A stretch of DNA of 38,551 nucleotides from positions 26,026,956-26,065,506 of the forward strand of contig NC_068991.1 of the NCBI RefSeq assembly GCF_001194135.2, in the 5' to 3' direction. Positions within the stretch are counted from its first letter, which is position 1; the number at the start of each line of letters is the position of its first letter. This stretch comes from Octopus bimaculoides. Its lineage: Eukaryota. The notes beneath the pieces are model-generated. The model was given only the letters and a program-made list of their open reading frames with translations, made no database searches and was not told where the DNA came from. Below are positions 21,661 through 32,589 of the stretch, piece after piece. A program made the position numbers and the translations under genes.

Positions 21661-23052
21661 TATCAAAATTTTTTTGTAATTCTTTATTTAAACCCACCGA
21701 CGCCTTATTTGTTGTGGCGGAAGAACATTTTAATAAAAAAAGTTAAATAGTTCCATCCATTCTGTTCCAAATAAATTTGTTGTATCTTTCAAAACAATAA
21801 CTTTGGCTTTCAAGCTTTTTTCTACGAAATGTAACATCACTTATCATTTCGGTCATAAAATGCAAACTTTTTCCTGAAACAACACGCGCAATTTTCGAAG
21901 TTTCATTTAAACTAGGTTTCACTATTTTTCTATGTATCTGTTTTAATTATCATGATATCACTGCCCGTATCTAATTGTAACTTTATATTTACATTATTCA
22001 ATTTTATGGATACAATTTTCCTTTTCTGAGCCTCGCATAGAATTTTTGGTAACAATACATTTTTTCTAGAATGTTTTTCTAAGACCCTTTTTCTGTTTCG
22101 CTATACACTGTGAGATTTTATGTTCGATTTCTCCACACACAAAGTATTTACGATTTATAAAAGGACACTTACTTCTAAAATGTAAATTTTCGCACCCATA
22201 GCATGGATTTGGTCTTGACGTTCGTTTTTCGTTTTTTTAAATCTATTTCAGGCTGACACGCATGTATCTGAGAGCAATTTGTTTCTTCAGTTTTATCTGC
22301 ATCATGTCTTAAATATATAATCCTCTGGAATTCTGTAGAGTTAATTTTTGGTCATGTTCTAATTTTGTTGATATACGGGAAAGTATACCAGCATCTTTTC
22401 TTGAACAAAACTTAGGCATTTGAACAAATCCAGGGTTATTTCATATAACTTGAAGTTTTCACACTCTCTATTAAGGACCCCAGCATAGGTGATGAAATCT
22501 TCATGTTTTTAACTAAATTTAAACATTGCAAACGAGTATTGAAGAGAGAGTTTTTTTCACTGAAAATTCTAGATAACACTTTAATTGTTTCATCCAAACA
22601 AATTTCACCTGGTTTCTTCGGCAGAATATAATTACAGTACTTTTCGTGTTCGGCAGGGGATAACTTTCGTAAATGTGGATGCATCTTCTGTGTCATTCCG
22701 ATTTTTATAGTCTTCTTTGAAGATTTTTTCGTATCTTCTAACATATGCAGAAAAAGTACCACCTACCGTGTCATAAATAAATTTTCCAATTGAGTTTTCT
22801 ACGCTGTTTGAAGAGAACGAACCTGAAGTATTTGCAGACTTCTTTACAATTACTTCTAGTAACTGTTGGTATTTTTGTTGCTGCTGATGTAGTTGGTGTT
22901 GGAACTGTTTTGTTACTGTTGTTGTTGCTGTTGTAACTGCACCACGCAAGCCAATATGTCTTCCATGTTAATGATTTTTTGTTTGATTTCTTACAAAAAA
23001 AGAAAAGACATATTTAACGTCCGACGCAATTTTCGACAAATCTCATCGCCAT
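21661..23052 (-). mobile_element. Gypsy (Mag-like) LTR retrotransposon internal fragment: PBS, gag, protease; truncated before RT
   Basis: PBS-like TGGCGATGAG at 23051-23042. ATG at 22966 opens MEDIL..poly-Q..SIGKFIYD..TFSAYVRRYEKIF/LRKLSPAEHEKYCNYILPKKP..FSEKNSLFNTRLQCLNL..FKCLSFVQ. Zn knuckles CYGCENLHFRSKC and FVCGEIEHKISQC follow, then aspartyl protease LQLDTGSD near 21960 and NLFGTEWMELF. Confidence 0.9.
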
Positions 23053-23256
23053 ATTTATATCCTTGACAAACGTTGGATGTATAATTTAACGATGTGGAGG
23101 TTTAATCAATGTGTTCACACGACGTACTTTGCGGGTGTCCAAAAGGCCCTCTTAACGACACGACCTGTCGTCTCAACCAATACGCTACGCCTTATAAGAG
23201 TTTCGCTAGTCCATTCTTCCAATCCCCCAGGGGTGTCAATGGCTCTCGTGACGACA
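23053..23256 (-). mobile_element. Probable 5' LTR of the Gypsy fragment (about 200 bp)
   Basis: Lies between the PBS and the abrupt start of LINE homology at 23257. The minus strand starts TGTCGT and contains TATAA and ATTAAA. The 3' CA is decayed and there is no second LTR to confirm it. Confidence 0.45.
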
Positions 23257-25150
23257 GAATTAAAGGAGTGCAGTGAATTAGAGAAAACAAGAAGTCAAGG
23301 CAGTGTCGAGGGTAAAAAACAGATAGCAACAGAGAAAACGACAGTATCAACAGAGTAAAATTACTCAGACAGTAAATGATAATTTTAAAAACAGCTGAAA
23401 ACTGAAGAGAAAAGTCAAGGGGATGATATTGCAAATGTTGAACCAGCATGTAGTCTCGAAAAAAGAAGTCCAAACTAATATAATTGCAGACTTGTTACGG
23501 GAATTTCAAAGAGAAATGCAAGATGGACTGATATAGGTAAATAAAGCAATCACTGATAAGAAAGTGATGATAAAAAAATACCAAATTAGAAAGCTCCCAG
23601 GGCCAGATGATGTACAGGGTTTATAACTAAAATATCACCTATGTATACACAGTTATACATGACCGTTTTTACTGACTGCATTGAATATGTAACATCAACT
23701 TGGATGACAACGCGAAGGATCAAGGTGATTCAGAAGGACAAAAAAGAGGGTGGAAGGCAGCGGTTATGGACCTTTTACTTCTTTGCAATTACGCTGGAAA
23801 CTATTTAAAAGTCTCAAGGCCCATGAAGTACCTTACTTCCTGGAAAAGGTGAATCTACTGACTGAGGAGCAAAAATGATGTAAGTTGAGATCAAAGGAAC
23901 TGCTGATCTGCTGTATATAGATAGAATATTAAATGAGGCACGAAGGCGGTAAGCATGCAGAATCGTTAGCACGCCGGGCTAAATTCTTAGTGGCATTTCG
24001 TCCGTGTTCACATTCTGAGTTCAAATTCCGTTGAAGTCGACCTGACCTTTTATCTTTTCAGGATCGGTACAATAAGTACTAATTAAATACTGATGATGAT
24101 GTAATCGATACTCACTCCTCCCGAAACTACCGGTCTTTTGCCAAAATTTGAAACCACTACTAAACAAGGTATGAGTAAGGAAGACGAATTTAGCTGTTGG
24201 GCGGATAGATTATAAGAAGGCATAGGACAATATCTCATACAACTCGTTCTTGGAGTGTCTGAAGATGCTCAAATACAATGAAAAGGTAAGACAAGTTTTT
24301 AGAAAAAGAGCTCTACGGGTATAGCTAGTAAAACTGACATATGCAAATAAACCGGTAGGCAACGTGAACATACGCAGGGATGTTTTACTAGCACATTCGC
24401 TCTCTCCGTTCCCCTTCGTCATTACACTTACCCACTTAACAAGTATACTGAGAAAATCCAATCTTGCCCCCGAGTTAACCAAAACCAAGATGAAAATAAA
24501 TCACTTGTTTATACGGATGACTTCAAGTTATATATAGAAAATGACGCAGAGCTGGATTCTTTGATCGAATCACTATGGATATTCAGAATAAACATTGGAA
24601 TGCTGTTTGAGGCAAATAAGTATGCAGAGCTAATTATGAAGAGTCGCCGGAAGTTAAATAATGGCACGAATGATGGCACAAAATTACCACATGATAAAGT
24701 CATTATATCGCTGAGTAATAATGTGGGATACAAATACGTAAGTCTGCTGCAAGACAATTTGATAATGGAAGGAGAATTGAGCGAGAAAATCACTAAGTTG
24801 TAAAGGGGAGAAACAGGAAAGTTTTAGAAATAAAATAGGTGAAGGAAACATCATTAAATCTATAATTACATGGACTATTCCACTACTGAGATACTCTGCA
24901 CCCTTTCTTAAATGAACAGTCAAGGAGGTACAGAACTTCGTTAGATGAACTACAAAGCTACTCACAGTGCATGACGCTGTGTCCTAAAAGTAACACCAAC
25001 CGATCAGATCTAATAGCAAAGGAAGGCTGTACAGAATTGCGAAAGACATTTTTAATACTGTGTTACTGGGTTTGAAAAGCTATATTGTGCAGAGTAAAGA
25101 AGGAATCGGCAGCCACAAATACCCAAAAAGTGACTGAAGCGGTAGGAAAG
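23257..25150 (+). mobile_element. R4/Dong-type LINE, decayed RT region, interrupted by a SINE
   Basis: KKIPN*KAPGPDDVQG..WMTTRRIKVIQKDKKEG..EEQK*CKLRSKGTADLLYIDRILNEA [SINE] RKTNLAVGRIDYKKA*D..NIRRDVLLAHSLSPFPFVI..KINHL/YTDDFKLY..IGMLFEANKYA..YKYV..IIKSI.TWTIPLLRYSA. Confidence 0.9.
23945..24165 (+). mobile_element. SINE family B nested in the LINE RT
   Basis: Full head-to-tail match to family B. It splits the LINE frame between ILNEA(R) and RKTNLAV. Confidence 0.88.
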
Positions 25151-25445
25151 TATGACCTCTTCGGAACTGCAGATAATATTTACATAACATTAAAATTGTG
25201 TCTTCAACAACAAGCTAGGAAGTTTAGAACTTATGAAAATCAATAAATGAAACTAGTCTCGTTACATATTACTGTAGGGCTGTTTTTCATCTTTTAGGGG
25301 GGTGGAGATAGCTGAGTGCAAACTTTACTGACGACAAACAGAGTTGTTGCTGTTTATATCCTATTTCCGGCGTTGCAAACTGAGCGATGATAAACACATA
25401 CGTCTCAAATGAACCAGGTCACATAACGGCATATATATATATATA

Positions 25446-25861
25446 NNNNNNNNNNNNNNNNNNNNNNNNNNNNNNNNNNNNNNNNNNNNNNNNNNNNNNN
25501 NNNNNNNNNNNNNNNNNNNNNNNNNNNNNNNNNNNNNNNNNNNNNNNNNNNNNNNNNNNNNNNNNNNNNNNNNNNNNNNNNNNNNNNNNNNNNNNNNNNN
25601 NNNNNNNNNNNNNNNNNNNNNNNNNNNNNNNNNNNNNNNNNNNNNNNNNNNNNNNNNNNNNNNNNNNNNNNNNNNNNNNNNNNNNNNNNNNNNNNNNNNN
25701 NNNNNNNNNNNNNNNNNNNNNNNNNNNNNNNNNNNNNNNNNNNNNNNNNNNNNNNNNNNNNNNNNNNNNNNNNNNNNNNNNNNNNNNNNNNNNNNNNNNN
25801 NNNNNNNNNNNNNNNNNNNNNNNNNNNNNNNNNNNNNNNNNNNNNNNNNNNNNNNNNNNNN
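25446..25861. other. Assembly gap
   Basis: N run. Confidence 1.
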
Positions 25862-26009
25862 TTATTGTTCTAATCGTGGTACTTATTTTGTAGGTATCTT
25901 CTGCCGAACTGATACGCTACGTGAACATAAATATACCAACACTGGTTGTCAAGCGATGGTGGGAGATAAACATAAACACACATACACTCTCACACACACA
26001 TAAATATAA

Positions 26010-26060
<51 letters not shown>
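25862..26060 (-). mobile_element. SINE family A, middle portion including (CA)n
   Basis: CCAACACTGGTTGTCAAGCGATGGTGGGAGATAAAC(AC)n matches 30048-30090 and, in reverse, 13830-13870. Confidence 0.75.
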
Positions 26061-26061
<1 letters not shown>

Positions 26062-26070
26062 ATATATAAA

Positions 26071-26491
26071 TGGGTTACAGAAAATATTCTGCCCAAGACC
26101 ACCGATTTGCTTGTGAGTTACTTGATCTTAACCAGTTCAGCACGTCCCTTGGCAGCTGACGATGTGCATCTCTGATCAGGAGCAGGAGTTGTGGGGGAGA
26201 ATTATAGTTATATGCTGAGAGATATTCTTTGGAGCTTGAAACATGGATATTTCTTTCATCGTCATTAAACAACCCTTATTCATGGTCCTTTTGTGCGGGC
26301 TGGGTTATTCAAGCTGAAGAAAGATTGTAACTTGGCGCCACCTGCATCGGTAAGCACTGTTTATCACGACATGAGATTACTATATCACGCACGTAAGGCC
26401 TTATCAGACGGGTAGTCATGATGTGCATATTGGGCTACGTATATTTGTACCCCAGTATCACTTTCATGGTATGCGCTGCTCTCCCACTCTA

Positions 26492-26541
<50 letters not shown>
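26071..26541 (+). mobile_element. Unclassified retroposon-like segment ending in an (AAT)n tail
   Basis: A 420-bp non-coding block, more GC-rich than its flanks, ends in GCTGCTCTCCCACTCT followed directly by about 16 AAT repeats. There is no second copy in the window. Confidence 0.5.
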
Positions 26542-26542
<1 letters not shown>

Positions 26543-26968
26543 GATCTTTGATTAATATTTATTCTCGCTGCACTATGATACCAAAGTAACTTTCTAATGA
26601 TCCCTACATTAAAAATGTTAGCACCGAATTACGTATAGTTTTGTTTGATTTTAATGCTGGATTCCAATTCACCTTGGTTTTTAAAACAAATAGAGACAGA
26701 CTAGTATGTAGATACGTAGAGAGGCAAATAGATAAATAGACAGAAAAGTATTTCGATAGATAGTGTGATATTTTGCCACTTTGCTACACAGAGTGGCAGA
26801 CAAACTGATTGATAGACAGCTTCATAGGTAGAAAAATAGGTGAAGAGAGGGGTAGATCGATAATTAGAAACATAAATAATTAGAGAGAGTTAGAAAACAT
26901 AAATAATTAGACAGATACAAAGAAAGACAGATACTCAAACAAGTAGATATACAGAGTTAGAACGAAAA

Positions 26969-27098
26969 CAATTGCAGCGTGGAAGTTGTTTAGAAGCCAT
27001 TTAAAATACATTTGGCAAACACGATTTAAGTGTTAAAGTGAATCTAACGGTTTTTGTGTGTTTTAAATGGCTTCTAAACACATTCTACGCTGCAATTG
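26969..27098. mobile_element. Small hairpin MITE-like element
   Basis: 42-bp inverted arms at 26969-27010 and 27057-27098 (4 mismatches) with a 46-bp spacer. The right arm runs into a gap. Confidence 0.75.
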
Positions 27099-27108
27099 NN
27101 NNNNNNNN
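27099..27108. other. Assembly gap
   Basis: N run. Confidence 1.
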
Positions 27109-27783
27109 ATATATATACATATAATATTTGCCGGCATTATTCGTAGGCTATAGATAAAATGCCGGAATCTTAATCTGCGACTATTTATATCCTGTACAAT
27201 ACAACTTAGATGATATATTTGTGACATACACTTCACGCTCACTTAAATCTTTGATTAAATTACATATAAAAGTCGGTATCGTCTACTTAAATCACATTAT
27301 TTTCGCATCGGAAATTTCTTCTTGGTGATCCCTTGTATGACGAGACTGCAAGATTATAAAACTACGTGAAAACTACAAACTACAGCAATAGTGAAGCTTG
27401 AAGGTGGTTTGTCGAATATTCAGAAACACCAGCAAAATTTTCCTTGATGACGCAACAAAACGAATTTGACATCCTTGGTTATATCACCGATCCAATATAA
27501 GGCGGAGCTACAAAATAAAAATCATAACACTATCTCGATTTTCTTTCCTTAAGCTTATGTAACCGCTCTAAAAGCCCGGTTGTCACCACCTATAACTGCT
27601 TACTATTGTAGGTATATATCTCATCAGTTATAATCATTAGGTTTGGCTGCATTTTGGCAGGTTACAGTTTATGATCGTTCATATAGATTTCAGTATAGTT
27701 ATATATACATATAATGTGGTGACCGGTAATTTCCACCACAGTATATTCCGCCATGGTAAATTTCACCATAGATGAAATTAACA

Positions 27784-29450
27784 TTATTATTATTATTGCC
27801 TTTGCACAGTTTCTAACGGTGGAGATGTACTACGGTGTTAGCCATTCACTAAGAGTGAACTAAGGTAACACCTCTTATTTTCGAGCACCTTCCGGAGTAT
27901 TTGAGCGGTTCCAAGCAGTGCTGTTTTCTGCAAGTGCTCCACACTTATTGCAGCCCCTATTTGTTCCATGTACTTCTCAACGTTTTTACTCACTGTTTCC
28001 GGGGCACCGACAATTATCGGTACTACTACCACCTTTTATATCGACCACAACTGCTGAACCTCAAACGCTAACCTGTCATATCTATCGACATTTCTTTCTT
28101 CCTTATCGCATGTTATATCTATGATCCAGCATAGTTTGCTTTCTTTCTCAATTAACACAATGTCTGGTTTCCTATTCTCTATCTCATGGTCGCACTCAAT
28201 CACAAACTCTTACAGGATTTTTGCATTATCATTTTCGATGATGCCTTCGGGTTTGTGATCGTGTCAATTTTTTGCTCTGTTAAGTCCGAACTTGTCGCAA
28301 TGTGTCCAATGGACAAGCCTGGCTATATTGCTGTGGTGTCTCTTATATTCCTTCTGGGCTAGTGGCGTACATTGGCCGGTAATATGCCATAACTTTTCAC
28401 CATTTTGTTCACAAATTCTGCATTTATCTCTTTCTGATGTGTTGTCTATTCTGTATTTTCTGTAGTTTGTTCTTAGTGCTTGCTCTTGAGCAGCACATAT
28501 TAGAGCCTCCGTTTCCGGTTTTAAATCACTTTTTGTCATCCACAGCCATCTTTCTTATCTTGTCTGTCTTATCTTGAACATCCCCATGAAATTGTCCATG
28601 CATTCTTTTCTTTACCCATATATTTTCAGTTTCATTCGTTTTCAATTGCTTGTGCAGTGCTTTATCTTTCATCCTACACAAGCCTCACCTGCTTTTTACA
28701 TACCATGCTATGATACATACCATGCTATGTTACATACCATGCTATGCTACATACCATGCTATGTTTTCTACTACAACAATACTTGCTGCCTCGATCAAAT
28801 TATTTGTTTCACTGATGTTGGTTGTTCGGATGTATTTCAGAATTTCATTGACATTTTTCGTTTCTCGTCCAGTTTCAACCAATCAACATTTCTCAGGTTG
28901 CAAATAATGTCGCTATCGTTCTCCTGTAGCCTTGCCTTTATTCTGTCGGAGATTGGCTTTTGTTCATCTGTCATGTCACCATTAGTTTTATTGTCTTCTT
29001 TTAGATCATCGATATGTCTGTCATCAGGTAAACTACCACTGTTTCTTTCCTGTGCCATGAGATTAGTTTTATTAGTAAGAACTATATTTTCATCGTTATC
29101 TCTGCTGCTATTTTCCAAGACACGTCTTTCGATCGCTTCGAGCTCTACTTCTGTGAACCAACGATTTTTTCTTATTGTTCTAGCATGTTCACATAGTCTC
29201 TGTTCCGTGAGCTGAAACAATCCCTTTTCCCTCCAATGATCATAATACGTTGTCGGTAACCCTTAATTTGAGCAACTTTTTCATCTACCGGGTTGCTCAG
29301 GTAGTATCACTTCATGACCACAGCATTAATTTGCTTGCTCTATGTAGGCCGTGTGTGGTGGTCCCTTTCTGGACATCAACAGACTGGAGACGAACCAGAA
29401 TCTCTGAGCCTGCCGGGTGCAACACTGTCACCATCAATAGCTTCAGTTTC
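27784..29450 (-). mobile_element. R4/Dong-type LINE with the RT domain deleted: N-terminus joined to the CCHC/RLE C-terminus, 3' UTR and (AAT)n tail
   Basis: N-terminus YYLSNPVDE..GYRQRIMII/LFQLTEQRLCEHARTIRKNRWFTEVELE..ITNISETNNLIEAASIVVVEN. C-terminus IAWYVK..MHGQFH..CRIC..HITGQCTPLAQKEYKRHH..RKPDIVLIEKESKLCWIID..VVPIIVGA..LQKTALLGTAQILRKVL. The 3' UTR ends in AATAATAATAATAAT at 27797-27783. Confidence 0.92.
28697..28764. repeat. 17-bp tandem repeat x4 (TACATACCATGCTATGN)
   Basis: Units start at 28697, 28714, 28731 and 28748 and are identical except for the last base. Confidence 0.98.
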
Positions 29451-29501
29451 ATTACCACCGTTATTCACTTTTTTTTTGTTTTGTTTTTTTCCTTGTAACT
29501 C

Positions 29502-29570
29502 AAGGTGGTGCTCCAGCATGGCCGCAGTCAAATGACTGACACAAGTAAAAGAGTAAAAGAGAGTAGAAGA
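29502..29570 (+). mobile_element. SINE family A, 3' tail only
   Basis: AAGGTGGTGCTCCAGCATGGCCGCAGTCAAATGACTGACACAAGTAAAAGAGTAAAAGAG. Confidence 0.85.
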
Positions 29571-29571
29571 G

Positions 29572-29610
<39 letters not shown>

Positions 29611-29890
29611 TCGTCCATGGTGTTGCCTTCGTGGTAGCTGCTGTTGTTGTTATTGTCATCGTTGTCCCCGCTGCTGCTGCTGTCGTTGTTAGTCATGTTG
29701 TTGATATTATTGCGGCCGTCTGTGAAATTATTGCTTGTGTTTGTATGCGTATATATGTTCGCTTCTTACGTTGTTTGTATCCATGCACTTTATATAGATT
29801 TATATTATTTATTTATTATATATTTCTGTTTCTTATATTTTTCACAGGTATGTGATAAATACATTTATTTATTTTTTATATTTATCTCTT

Positions 29891-30302
29891 TTGCTCTTTT
29901 ACTTCTTTTATTTGTTTCAGTCAATTGACTGTGGCCATGCTGGAGTACTGCCTTTAGTAGAACAAATCCACCCCAGGACTTATTCGTTGTAAGTTTAGTA
30001 CTCATCCACTTTTACCGAAACACCAAGTTACGGGGACGTAAACGCACCAACATCGGTTCTCAATCGATGGTGGGGTGACAAACACAAACATACACACACA
30101 CACATGCACACACACACACATACGCACACATACGTAGATATATACACATATATATATATATATATACGACGGATATCTTTCAGTTTTCGTCTACCAAATC
30201 CACTCACAAGGCTTTGGTCGGCCTGAGGCTATAGTAGAAGATACTTGCCCAATGTGCCACACAGTAGGACTGGACCTGTGTCATGTGGTTAGCAAGCAAG
30301 CT
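29891..30302 (-). mobile_element. SINE family A, near full length, internal (CA)n(TA)n
   Basis: Reverse complement is colinear with 13607-14030. The first about 20 nt of the head are missing. Confidence 0.9.
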
Positions 30303-30542
30303 GTGTTTTATCTGTGTTTTAATTATCATTGTTTTTTCTCTCTTCTAGCTTCAGTCTTTAGTCATGTGGTGTAGTGGTGGGTATTATTGTTCCATTAGTG
30401 TTTTAAACCGAGGCTCAGTCAGTCTACTGCTATGGGTGTAGCCTCTGTGGTGTTACACACACACACACACGCGTACATACACACACACACACACATATAG
30501 ATAGACAGACAGACAGACAGATAGATAGATAGATAGATAGAA

Positions 30543-30826
30543 GGCGCATGGCTAAGTAGTTCAGGTGTTGNNNNNNNNNNNNNNNNNNNNNNNNNNNNNN
30601 NNNNNNNNNNNNNNNNNNNNNNNNNNNNNNNNNNNNNNNNNNNNNNNNNNNNNNNNNNNNNNNNNNNNNNNNNNNNNNNNNNNNNNNNNNNNCACACAGG
30701 GCTCAACGAAGATGGGACAAATACAATGTAGAGCTTTTCTTTTTGGGAGGGGGAAGGAAAAAAGGGGGGGTCGATCAAAAGGGATCGTAGGAAGGAAAAA
30801 GGGGGGAGTTCGATCAAAAGGGATCG
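30543..30826 (+). mobile_element. Probable tRNA-derived SINE split by a gap
   Basis: A-box-like head GGCGCATGGCTAAGTAGTT just before the gap, embedded in (GATA)n. The body is not visible. Confidence 0.35.
30571..30692. other. Assembly gap
   Basis: N run. Confidence 1.
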
Positions 30827-30865
<39 letters not shown>

Positions 30866-31454
30866 CAGGCTACAATTTAGAACGATCTGCGAAAGTTTCA
30901 TTTCGAATTACATGAAATATTTGGAAATGTTCAACATAATCAACGATATCGGACTGGAGGTTATATTATAAATATACCAATCAAAACAGCGTTTTAAATC
31001 TAAGAACGATGTACATATGTCGTAGGAAATCCCAGGAAGATACAACACTTGTCTATAAGAATTTTAACGAACATAAATTGCCCTAATTGTTATATAGCAA
31101 TAAATTATAAATTCAGTTGAGGTTTTAATTGGGATAATGTTCCATTTAAAGACGATTGATGAAATATAATTGTTTCTACTATCCAGGAAACAAGTTTAAT
31201 AGCGATAGCAAGTGTTCAGTAACGGTTACATAGACGATTGCATAATCGTGCTGAAACACCAGCCATTCAGAAGACAGTAGCAATATAATCCACTGTTATT
31301 TACTGATTGCATTTGGTATGCATTTATAAATGCATAAATTGATAAATACATTATACAGGCTTCAATTATTCTAAAATTGAATAAAATAAATAAAACAGTG
31401 ATGAATACAATCATAGTTGTACACGAAGTAGAAAGTGAATAATAAAAATAATAA

Positions 31455-31580
31455 TAACTGTTTCAATTTTTGTTACAAGGGTCGGGGGTATTAAGGTGAA
31501 ACATCGACTCCAATACTCAACTAGTACTTATTTTATCGAGTACAGAATGACAAAAGTCAAAGTCGACCCCGATTCGCCGA
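31455..31580 (-). mobile_element. SINE family B, decayed 3' half
   Basis: ATCGACTCCAATACTCAACTAGTACTTATTTTATCGA matches 31663-31697. Confidence 0.7.
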
Positions 31581-31606
31581 CTTAAATATAACAACAACAA
31601 TGATAA

Positions 31607-31818
31607 TAATAATGGTTTCAAATTTTGCCAGCAATTTTGGGGGAGGGGTTGAGTCGATTACATCGACACCAGTGTTCAACTGGTACTTCTTTTATCGAAC
31701 CCGACAGGATGAAAGGTAAAATCGACCTCCGCGGAATTTGAACTCAGAACGTACCAACGGGGGAATACCGCAAAGCATTTCATCCAGCGCGCTAACAATT
31801 CTGCCAGTTCATGGCCTT
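31607..31818 (-). mobile_element. SINE family B, full length
   Basis: Reverse complement: GGCCATGAACTGGCAGAATTGTTAGCGCGC...GTTCTGAGTTCAAATTCCGCGGAGG...TTTGAAACCATTATTATT. Confidence 0.88.
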
Positions 31819-31865
31819 AATAATAATAATAATAATGATAATAATAATAATAATAATAATGATAA

Positions 31866-31939
<74 letters not shown>

Positions 31940-31951
31940 ATAATAATAATA
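31818..31951. repeat. Compound (AAT)n(ACT)n(AAT)n microsatellite
   Basis: Direct reading. Confidence 0.97.
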
Positions 31952-31952
31952 A

Positions 31953-31978
31953 CTAGCTGGACCCGTGAAAAATTCACG
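31953..31978 (-). mobile_element. Helitron-like 3' terminus
   Basis: Minus strand has the hairpin CGTGAA-ttt-TTCACG, then 7 nt, then CTAG followed by T. The 5' TC end was not located. Confidence 0.42.
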
Positions 31979-32054
31979 AAAAATATTAAAAAATTTAAGC
32001 ATCTCTAAATTGTGTACTGGTGCCTTGAGAAATGTTTCTATATTGTGACAGTTA

Positions 32055-32270
32055 AAGACGGCGAGCTAGCAGAATCGTTTGCACGGTGGGCGAAATGCTT
32101 TGCCTTATTTTGTCTGTCTCTACGTTCTGAGTTCAAATTCTACCGAGGTGGACTTTGCCTTTCATCGTTTCGGGGTCAATAAATTACGTACCAGTTGCGT
32201 ACTGGGGTCCATCTAATCACCTGGCCACCTCCCCACCAAAATTTCAGAACTTGTCCCTATAGTAGAAAAG
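32055..32270 (+). mobile_element. SINE family B, full length, with TSD
   Basis: 16-bp TSD TATATTGTGACA(G/T)TTA at 32039-32054 and 32271-32286. Confidence 0.92.
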
Positions 32271-32489
32271 TATATTGTGACATTTACTGAATATAGAAGA
32301 AGTGTAAAACCGATAACTATTAATCCAACCAAAAATCTCAGTTCTGAAATCCTAAACAGAATTACTATTTAGCCTTAAAATACATCGTACATATTCAGAG
32401 AAGCCTCTTGGTTTAATTGACTAATTCCCTGTAAGACTGGTGCTTGTCCTATCAGTCTCTTCTGCTGAACAGCTAAGGTACATCATACG

Positions 32490-32525
<36 letters not shown>

Positions 32526-32589
32526 TGTGAGTGTGTGTCGGCTGTCTAGCAATGGTAATGGGAGACTATATATACATATATATATATAT

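Noticed and set aside
23063-23085. Perfect TTGACA and TATAAT hexamers suggesting a sigma70 promoter
   Set aside because: The spacer is 11 bp rather than about 17, and the context is a eukaryotic LTR.
24091-24140. CTGATGA...CGAAAC..GTC hammerhead-like match
   Set aside because: No stem I or stem II can be formed. It arises from point changes within a family-B SINE copy.
27718-27776. Repeated GGTAAwTTyCACCA motifs like DNA-transposon subterminal repeats
   Set aside because: The stretch is too short and has no partner terminus in the window.
28697-28764. Regular 17-bp repeat as a possible CRISPR array
   Set aside because: The units are contiguous with no spacers, there are no cas genes, and the repeat lies inside a LINE.
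31317-31336. Perfect 20-bp palindrome TATGCATTTATAAATGCATA
   Set aside because: It is isolated and AT-rich, and not far beyond chance in 38 kb of this composition.
31738-32008. Poly-N/T/S/L/I ORFs (also 21204-21446, 35688-35879, 34253-34552, 5483-5816)
   Set aside because: They are translations of tri-, tetra- and dinucleotide microsatellites.
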